Source: Clostridiales bacterium UBA1248
Lineage (GTDB): Bacteria; Bacillota; Clostridia; Oscillospirales; CAG-272
Assembly (NCBI GenBank): GCA_002308615.1
Contig: DBWC01000115.1
Location: forward strand, 12,017 to 58,581
Length of the DNA stretch: 46,565 nt
Direction of reading: 5' to 3'
Below the pieces are notes generated by a model. The model was not told where the DNA came from, did not search any database, and was given only the letters and a program-made list of their open reading frames with translations. The position numbers and the translations under genes were made by a program. Shown piece after piece: positions 40,275-46,565 of this stretch (positions are counted from its first letter, which is position 1; each line of letters starts with the position of its first letter).

Positions 40275-40798
40275 AACCTTTTTTCCTTTATCGTATCCAA
40301 TACTTTTTTCCATCTGTCTTCGTGTTCTTTATCTATTATATCGGGCGTAAATCCCGCTCTGAGATAGCTTTTTATCGCGGGTATCCTGAAATCGTCCGTT
40401 GTAAGATACGCGGTCTCCATGCCGGACGAGATCAGCGCGCGCACCGCCTCCGTATTAAGCCGCGTGCCTATCCCGCGCCCGCGGAATTCCGGCTTGCAGG
40501 CTACCATATGGATATATCCCTGCTTTTTTTCGTGATCGCAGATTACGGCAAGCGTCGCCGCGGGCACGCCGTCACATTCGACTATAAAGAATTTGTCGAA
40601 TTCAAGCTCACCGTGGCTATACATACACTCGCGGTAAAACGCCTTGTCCTCGCGCTTTTCCGTCAGCCCGTACTGCACTATGTCAAGCCACGCGTCGATA
40701 TCCTTGTCGGAGCCGTCAAAGGTTCGGCATACAAGACCGCCCCAGTCCGGCTTATCGGGCATATCGCCCTTTTTCCATATCATTTTCAACTGTTCCAT
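40271..40798 (-). CDS. GNAT N-acetyltransferase
   Basis: VACKPEFRGRGIG and TDDFRIPAIKSYLRAGF. GAGG RBS before ATG 40798. Confidence 0.88.
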   Translation of the reverse strand: MEQLKMIWKKGDMPDKPDWGGLVCRTFDGSDKDIDAWLDIVQYGLTEKREDKAFYRECMYSHGELEFDKFFIVECDGVPAATLAVICDHEKKQGYIHMVACKPEFRGRGIGTRLNTEAVRALISSGMETAYLTTDDFRIPAIKSYLRAGFTPDIIDKEHEDRWKKVLDTIKEKRL

Positions 40799-40887
40799 AA
40801 AATAAACCTCTTTGCGCATTATAACACCGTTAATATAAAAAATCAAGTACAAAACAAAAAAATACCAAAATAATATTTTTATAGCTA

Positions 40888-40916
40888 TTGATTTTTAAAA
40901 TTTGATGTGCTATACT
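40888..40916 (+). promoter_or_regulatory. Sigma-A promoter
   Basis: TTGATT-17 bp-TATACT with TG extension. Confidence 0.6.
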
Positions 40917-40946
40917 TTATTATATCAAAATCCCGGGAATAAAAAA

Positions 40947-42170
40947 ATGGCCGATCTCAAAGGAAAAAAGAAAAAAAGAATAAGCTATAAGCCCATAAAG
41001 CTTGAAGAAAATAGGAAATTCAGAATAAAAAATACGAAAGCAAGGCAGAAAAAATACGGCGCAAAATATTACGCTGCAGTTTTTCTGCGCCTTTTATATC
41101 GCGTGTTCCTTATCATCGTAACGCTTGCGCTGCTTGCTGTTTTTGCCGCTTACTATACGCTGAACACCGTAGCGCACGGCCCGTCAGAAACGATGCGGAA
41201 CGCGCTCGTTCTGTCCGCCATGCAGGCGTCGGCTACAAAATGGGTGCCCGGGCTTTTCCTTGACAGCGAGACGGTCGAAAAAATAGTGAATTCAAGCATG
41301 GAGAAAGTCGTTGAAGAGGTAGACGTGGTAACGCCGGATGACGGCGGGAAACCCGGACCCGTATACGTACCTGAGGACGACAACGGAGAGCCGGAGATAC
41401 CGGATATATCGGACGGTATAGAATTCCATTTTGATACGTCGGGTACGTTCCGCGCCTACGTTATGATAATACACGACCCGTCAAAGGTCTTCGTCGGCGT
41501 GTCGAGCAACGATTTTCCGAACGCCGTAAGAGGTCAGCGTATCTATGACGCGGCGGATAAATACGGCGCGATAGCCGCGATAAACGGCGGTGAGTTTTCC
41601 GATCCCGGCGGAGAGGGGCTGGGCGGGCAGCCGATAGGTTTGACGTATACGCAGGGCAAATGCGTCTGGTCCGGCGGCTCAAAGCGCACGTTCATAGGCC
41701 TTGACAAGGACAACAATCTCATAGTGACCGAGGGAATGACAAAAGAAGAAGCCGAGGCGCTCGGCATACGCGACGGCGTCTCCTTCCAGACCGGCAACGT
41801 GCTTATAAAAACGGAAGACGGCGTCACGCGCTGCTATTACGCGCCGGAGAACAACGGCAAGGCGCAGCGCACGGCGGTAGGTCAGCGCGCGGACGGCAAG
41901 ATAATTTTCATCGTGACGGACGGGAGATCGTCTTCATCCCTCGGCGCGGATTACGACGATATTATAAATATGATGCTCAAATACGGCGCGGTAAACGCCG
42001 GTATGCTTGACGGAGGCTCGTCCGCCATGATGTACTACAAAAACTATATCACAAAATACAACGCAGACGTAAACGAGCTTGACGAATATCAGAGACTCGG
42101 ACTTGTAAACAAGTATAAAGCCTTTACGAGACCGAGATATCTGCCAACTTTCTTTATGGTGATGCCGTGA
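40947..42170 (+). CDS. Membrane-anchored phosphodiester glycosidase (NAGPA/exopolysaccharide biosynthesis) family protein
   Basis: N-terminal TM segment; AAINGG, QRTAVGQRADG, VTDGR and LDGGSS. Confidence 0.87.
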   Translation: MADLKGKKKKRISYKPIKLEENRKFRIKNTKARQKKYGAKYYAAVFLRLLYRVFLIIVTLALLAVFAAYYTLNTVAHGPSETMRNALVLSAMQASATKWVPGLFLDSETVEKIVNSSMEKVVEEVDVVTPDDGGKPGPVYVPEDDNGEPEIPDISDGIEFHFDTSGTFRAYVMIIHDPSKVFVGVSSNDFPNAVRGQRIYDAADKYGAIAAINGGEFSDPGGEGLGGQPIGLTYTQGKCVWSGGSKRTFIGLDKDNNLIVTEGMTKEEAEALGIRDGVSFQTGNVLIKTEDGVTRCYYAPENNGKAQRTAVGQRADGKIIFIVTDGRSSSSLGADYDDIINMMLKYGAVNAGMLDGGSSAMMYYKNYITKYNADVNELDEYQRLGLVNKYKAFTRPRYLPTFFMVMP

Positions 42171-43330
42171 GTAGAACAGATAATGGTAAAGTAAGAAAAA
42201 ACGGCGGGAAAAAGAAAAAAACGTTCAGGATCAGATGGACGACCGTCTTGTTTTACGTCGCTTTGTGTGTGATAATAGCCGTCGGTATGATAACCGTGAT
42301 CTCGCTTCAGAAACCGGTCGAAAAGTTTTTACGGAATTTTGAGCAGTCTTACGAAACGTATAAACCGAAAAACCAGATACAGCGGATATTCGACGAATAT
42401 TTTACAGAACCGGATATAGAGGAGCTTATCGCTTTGTCCGGTTGTACGCCGGAATATAACGCGCCCGAAACGTATGAGGACGCGATGGAAAAATACGCCG
42501 CAAAGCTCAAAGGCAAAACGATGAGCTACGGTTACCTTGCCGGTATGGATCAGAAGGTTTTGAACGTAAAGGCGGACGGAGCCGTCGTCGCGCGTTTCTC
42601 TGTCAAAGAGGTGGAGACAAAGGAATATAACGTACTGACGTTCAAATTCAGTCAGCCTGTGTATGAGCTTGATAAAATAGAGCTGTTTTTTGAAAAACCC
42701 GTGCAGACCGCAAACGTCCTTTTGCCGGAAAGATACAAAGCTTACGCAAACGGTATGCTGCTGAATGACGATTATACCACGTCGTCCGGTATTAAAGATG
42801 ATAACAGGGAAAGCGTGCCGGACGGCGCGTATCTGTTCACCTACAAGGTCTGTACCGTTACGGGACTGTATGACAAACCGGAAATAACGGTGAAAGACGA
42901 AGACGGAAAAGACGTATTGCTGTCGTATGACGAAGAAAAGAATCTGTATTCTTACAAGTATGGATACAGCGAGGAGCTGAAGGAGCGGTATTCGGATTTC
43001 GTTATAGAAGCCATGACGCATTACGCGGTATATATGCAGGCGGACAAGCCGTTTTCCTACGCAAAACCGTATTTCGATCCCGATTCGCAGCTGTATGAGG
43101 ATATATATAAAAATCCCGATTCATTCGTATGGGAGCACGACGGATACGTAGTTGAAAATCAGGAGGCGTCCGAATTCTTCGACTACGGCGGCGTGATCTC
43201 CTGCCGCGTGACGTTCGATCATATCTTAAAGAAAAACGGCAAGGAAGACTATATAGACAGAAACGACCATACGGTATATATGCATATGGTCGACGGAGAG
43301 TATAAGATATTCTATATGGAGAGCCATTAA
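42167..43330 (+). CDS. Hypothetical single-TM membrane-anchored protein
   Basis: GTGA overlap with the upstream gene; basic N-terminus, TM segment and soluble domain. Confidence 0.75.
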   Translation: MSRTDNGKVRKNGGKKKKTFRIRWTTVLFYVALCVIIAVGMITVISLQKPVEKFLRNFEQSYETYKPKNQIQRIFDEYFTEPDIEELIALSGCTPEYNAPETYEDAMEKYAAKLKGKTMSYGYLAGMDQKVLNVKADGAVVARFSVKEVETKEYNVLTFKFSQPVYELDKIELFFEKPVQTANVLLPERYKAYANGMLLNDDYTTSSGIKDDNRESVPDGAYLFTYKVCTVTGLYDKPEITVKDEDGKDVLLSYDEEKNLYSYKYGYSEELKERYSDFVIEAMTHYAVYMQADKPFSYAKPYFDPDSQLYEDIYKNPDSFVWEHDGYVVENQEASEFFDYGGVISCRVTFDHILKKNGKEDYIDRNDHTVYMHMVDGEYKIFYMESH

Positions 43331-43337
43331 AGAAGCG

Positions 43338-43456
43338 TGGGGGAGTGCCCACCCTCTCGTGAACCCCCATTGCTCGCGATGTTCGCAACGGGGAACCCCT
43401 CGATATTCCCCCATACCCCCCTTAACCCTCCCGCAAATCAAAGATTTGAGGGGCGC
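43338..43456 (+). repeat. C-rich intergenic repeat, copy C
   Basis: TGGGGGAGTGCCCACCCTCTC...TTCCCCCATACCCCCC...CAAATCAAAGATTTGAGGGGCGC. Confidence 0.7.
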
Positions 43457-43466
43457 AACGAGGAGA

Positions 43467-43551
43467 ATGAAATCCGTCCCTGTTCGGAACGGATGAAATC
43501 GGCTTCGCCGATGAAATCACCTGCGGTGATGAAATCCGCCTTACGGCGGGT
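43467..43551 (+). repeat. ATGAAATC-linked hairpin array
   Basis: ATGAAATC at 43467, 43493, 43511 and 43529, each followed by a different hairpin. Confidence 0.8.
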
Positions 43552-43556
43552 TGAAT

Positions 43557-43580
43557 GTAGAGGCGACCGTCGGTCGTCCG
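43557..43580 (+). repeat. GTAG-type REP palindrome
   Basis: GTAGAGGCGACCGTCGGTCGTCCG. Confidence 0.75.
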
Positions 43581-43660
43581 AAAAAAACGTGTCGCCCTGC
43601 GGCTGATTATCAGGGAGATCCCCAACCCTTGTGTCACAACGGATCATTTCAAAAAATATC

Positions 43661-43687
43661 AAAAAAGCGGTTTTTCACCGCTTTTTT
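43661..43687 (+). terminator. Intrinsic terminator
   Basis: AAAAAAGCGGT-TTTTC-ACCGCTTTTTT. Confidence 0.75.
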
Positions 43688-43754
43688 TAAAACCATGTGA
43701 CTTTTGCAGACAAAAAAGGAATATACCCTATGACGGACAAAAAGGGAGCTGAGT

Positions 43755-44300
43755 ATGAACGGTAAGGATATAGTTGAATTACTGAATAAGCGTGACGAGA
43801 CGGCGCTTTCGTACATAAAGCAGAGCTGCGGCGCCGGGATAATGGACATCGCCTTCAATATCCTCAAAAACAGACAGGACGCGGAGGAGGTCTTATCAGA
43901 CACGCTTTTATCGGTATGGAACAATATTCCGCCGGATGATCCCGTAAATCTTTTCGGGTACGTCTATAAAACGGCGCGCAACAAAGCGCTTCACGCTTAC
44001 CGGCAGAAAAAGCAGAAGAAGCGCAGTGCGGTGACAGTATGTATTGACGAGCTGGGCGACTGTATATCGGACGGCGACGTTGAAGGTCAGATCGAAGGAA
44101 GACAGCTGTCCGAATTGATAAACAGATTTTTGTCTTCGCTTGATATAACTGACAGACGCATTTTTATCAGCCGGTTCTATTACAATATGGAATATAAACA
44201 GATAGCCGATAAATACGGTCTCGGTTTGTCAGCCGTCAAAATGTCCGTCAAAAGAACAAAAGAAAAACTGAAAAAACTGCTTGATACGGAGGGTTACTGA
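43755..44300 (+). CDS. ECF RNA polymerase sigma factor (ECF-5)
   Basis: NILKNRQDAEEVLSDTL, WNNIPP and YKQIADKYGLGLSAVKMS. Confidence 0.93.
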   Translation: MNGKDIVELLNKRDETALSYIKQSCGAGIMDIAFNILKNRQDAEEVLSDTLLSVWNNIPPDDPVNLFGYVYKTARNKALHAYRQKKQKKRSAVTVCIDELGDCISDGDVEGQIEGRQLSELINRFLSSLDITDRRIFISRFYYNMEYKQIADKYGLGLSAVKMSVKRTKEKLKKLLDTEGY

Positions 44301-44301
44301 A

Positions 44302-45108
44302 ATGAAGAGAAAAGAAATATTATACGAGGCTCTAAACGGCATAAGCGAGGGCAAAGCCGCCGACGCGTACGAATACACAAATTATAACAGGAAAAAGGTC
44401 GTTTTTCAAAACGTTCTGAAAGGCGCGGGCATCGCCACCATCATATGCTCGTTTATAGTCGCTTCGTTTATACTGCAGGCGGTATCCGGTCCTAAACCGG
44501 TGCCTGACGACACAAATACCGCCGCGGCGGGAAGCGAGGTTATAACCGAAGCTGAAGTTGAGAAAGAAACGGAAGCGGCGGAAAGCGCGGAGGTAAAAAG
44601 ATATACGGATCACGGAGAGAACATCCTTGTAGATCATCCGACAATAGAAGAACTGTATCAGACGGAACCGTATAAAGACTTTTTGCCTTCTTATATACCG
44701 GATGAACTTGTGTATAAATGGGCGCTCAGATTCATACCCGGCGAATATCTGCAGGATAACGGCGCGTACTATAAACAAATTGAAAAAACTCATATGTATT
44801 TCAGCACAGTTGATGGCAGCAACAGTGAAAACTCTTTGAACGTTTATATGTATCATAAAGCTTCTGTAACTCGTCCTTCGGCTGATGAAATATCCGTTTC
44901 AAATATAGACCAAAGCGGCGTATATTATTTGGGATTGGATAAGGTTAAGGGAACAGTGTATTCACTGACGTTTAACGCGGACGGTTGGGAGATCACATAT
45001 CAGTACGAACATCTGTGCACGGAAGAAGAATTGATTACACCAGAGGAGCTGTTCGATATAGCGACCTCGTCGCAGTATTTCAAAGATCATCCGCTGTCGG
45101 CTGAATAA
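44302..45108 (+). CDS. Putative anti-sigma factor (single TM, extracellular domain)
   Basis: LYEALNGIS N-terminus and TM segment resemble those of the 21440 and 24150 genes. Starts 1 nt after the ECF-5 stop. Confidence 0.72.
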   Translation: MKRKEILYEALNGISEGKAADAYEYTNYNRKKVVFQNVLKGAGIATIICSFIVASFILQAVSGPKPVPDDTNTAAAGSEVITEAEVEKETEAAESAEVKRYTDHGENILVDHPTIEELYQTEPYKDFLPSYIPDELVYKWALRFIPGEYLQDNGAYYKQIEKTHMYFSTVDGSNSENSLNVYMYHKASVTRPSADEISVSNIDQSGVYYLGLDKVKGTVYSLTFNADGWEITYQYEHLCTEEELITPEELFDIATSSQYFKDHPLSAE

Positions 45109-45121
45109 AAGCACAAAATAT

Positions 45122-45146
45122 AAAAGACCGCTGCGTGCGGTCTTTT
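45122..45146 (+). terminator. Intrinsic terminator, shared cassette type
   Basis: AAAAGACCGC-TGCGT-GCGGTCTTTT. Confidence 0.85.
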
Positions 45147-45240
45147 ATATGTTCCGACCCTGTCGGAACATCGCATTCGGCGCCACCCCCCCTCCGGCGC
45201 CCGAATGCGCATCACGGGGAGAACTGTTTGCGCTTCGCGC

Positions 45241-45317
45241 TTGGGGAGCCCCGCCCTCCTATCTCCCCAAACCCCTCTGCCTCCCCCCGTTTCCCCGATC
45301 AAAGATCGAGGGGGCGC
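45241..45317 (+). repeat. C-rich intergenic repeat, copy D
   Basis: TTGGGGAG...CTCCCCAAACCCCTC...CGATCAAAGATCGAGGGGGCGC. Confidence 0.65.
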
Positions 45318-45331
45318 GGAATTATCGGAAA

Positions 45332-45367
45332 ATAAAATGCGGAGCCAATCAGGTTCCGCGTTTTTAT
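45332..45367 (-). terminator. Terminator for the dnaX-ybaB-recR operon
   Basis: AAAATGCGGAGCC-AATCA-GGTTCCGCGTTTT imperfect stem with A/T tails. Confidence 0.6.
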
Positions 45368-45373
45368 GCTTGT

Positions 45374-45970
45374 CTAAAACTCTCGTCTGCCTTCAAGTGC
45401 GCGGGCAAGCGTTTCGCTGTCGGCAAATTCGAGGTCCGCGCCGACCGGTACGCCGTACGCGAGACGCGTGACTTTCACGCCCAAGGGGCGTATCAGCTTT
45501 GAAAGATACACCGCCGTCGTCTCGCCCTCGATGTCGGGATTCGTTGCGATTATAACTTCCTTCACGTCGCCGTTCAGCCGCGCTATAAGCTCCTTTACGT
45601 TCAGCTTGTCCGGCGTTATGCCGTTCATCGGAGAGATGACGCCGCCCAAAACGTGATAAACTCCGGAATATTCGTGCGCGCGCTCAAGCGCGTTTACCGC
45701 GCGCGCGTCCTCTACCACGCAGATGACGCTGTCGTCCCTGCCGGGATCGGAGCATATCGCGCATTTTTCGCCGTCAGACAAATTACAGCAAACAGAGCAT
45801 CTGCCCACGTCGTTTTTAACGGAGCGGATCGCGGCGCAGAATTCCTCCGCCTCCTCCTCCGGCATTTCCAGCACGCCGAACGCCATGCGCGCGGCGGATT
45901 TGGAGCCTACGCCCGGAAGCCTGCGAAAACATTCTATGAGCCGCGTTATGGGATAAATATAATCAGCCAT
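45374..45970 (-). CDS. recR: Recombination mediator RecR
   Basis: LPGVGSKSA HhH, C4 Zn finger and Toprim ATNPDIEGETTA. Confidence 0.97.
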   Translation of the reverse strand: MADYIYPITRLIECFRRLPGVGSKSAARMAFGVLEMPEEEAEEFCAAIRSVKNDVGRCSVCCNLSDGEKCAICSDPGRDDSVICVVEDARAVNALERAHEYSGVYHVLGGVISPMNGITPDKLNVKELIARLNGDVKEVIIATNPDIEGETTAVYLSKLIRPLGVKVTRLAYGVPVGADLEFADSETLARALEGRREF

Positions 45971-46317
45971 TAAAATATACCGGGTATACTCAACTGCGAG
46001 GACAGCTTGTTCTTTTCTTCCTCGTTGGTCTTATTTACTTTGCTTATCGCCTCGTTTACCGCGGCGGTAACGAGATCTGTAAGCGTTTCTATATCGTCGG
46101 GATCTACTATCTCCGGCGATATTTCTATATTCAGTATTTCAAGCGTGCCTTTGATCTTGATCTTTACGGCGCCGCCGCCGGCGGATACGTCGTATTCCTT
46201 TTCGTCAAGCTCAGCCTGAAGCGCTTCCATGTCTTCCTGCAGCTTCTGCGCCTGGCGGATCATCGCGTTCATGTTCTGGGGACCGCCGCCCACACCCTTC
46301 GGTAATCTTGCTTTCAT
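45970..46317 (-). CDS. ybaB: YbaB/EbfC nucleoid-associated protein
   Basis: QAQKLQEDM, SAGGGAV and DPDDIETLTDLVTAAVNEA; adjacent to recR. Confidence 0.95.
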   Translation of the reverse strand: MKARLPKGVGGGPQNMNAMIRQAQKLQEDMEALQAELDEKEYDVSAGGGAVKIKIKGTLEILNIEISPEIVDPDDIETLTDLVTAAVNEAISKVNKTNEEEKNKLSSQLSIPGIF

Positions 46318-46350
46318 CGTTTTATCCCTTTCGTTTATGTTCGTTAAGCC

Positions 46351-46563
46351 CTATTCCTGCAAGGCTTCTATCACTTCGTCTATAAGCTCGTACTTTTTGT
46401 CGTCCTCGCCCGCGGTGATGACTATGTCGGACGGCGAATGACCGCCGATCACGGATATGACCGCTTTTTCGATCGCGCCGCGGCTTTTCTCGGCTATGTC
46501 GGCCATGAAAGCGCTGTCGAGCGTTATCCTGTACGTGCCGTCGCCGCACTCGTACGCTTTGGC
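46351..46563 (-). CDS. dnaX: 3' end of a gene running off the window, probably DNA polymerase III gamma/tau
   Basis: Open frame AKAYECGDGTYRITL...EVIEALQE* that is absent from the ORF track. Identity rests only on the conserved dnaX-ybaB-recR order. Confidence 0.6.
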   Translation of the reverse strand, partial: AKAYECGDGTYRITLDSAFMADIAEKSRGAIEKAVISVIGGHSPSDIVITAGEDDKKYELIDEVIEALQE

Positions 46564-46565
46564 GG

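Noticed and set aside
43467-43551. Possible mini-CRISPR array
   Set aside because: The repeat is only 8 nt, the spacers are 10-18 nt and self-complementary, and no cas genes are present.
46322-46549. 75-aa minus-strand ORF from the track
   Set aside because: It is an Arg-rich alternative frame; the credible frame ends at 46351.

Overview
This window is chromosomal DNA from a Firmicute, probably class Clostridia (inferred from gene content and promoter style). Housekeeping genes include galE, a ttcA-like gene, thiT with a TPP riboswitch, obgE, ligA, recR, ybaB/ebfC and the probable 3' end of dnaX. It also holds a 12.5-kb atypical carbohydrate ABC-uptake operon: a 1037-aa solute-binding protein, four permeases, an NHL/TPR/Yip1 fusion and a DUF5696-like protein. 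Other genes are two phosphodiester-glycosidase (NAGPA) proteins, a GH109-like gene and a YtrA-type GntR/ABC module. The most striking feature is five ECF sigma factor/anti-sigma pairs within 24 kb. Three of them look like one cassette family, sharing an upstream motif, sigma type, anti-sigma N-terminus and an identical terminator stem, while carrying unrelated extracellular domains. Intergenic regions are rich in small palindromic repeats: six GTAG-type REPs, a four-copy C-rich element, an inverted REP doublet and a MITE-like insert in the thiT leader. I found no CRISPR array, tRNA, rRNA, transposase or phage gene. All family calls come from motif recognition by eye; no database search was run.
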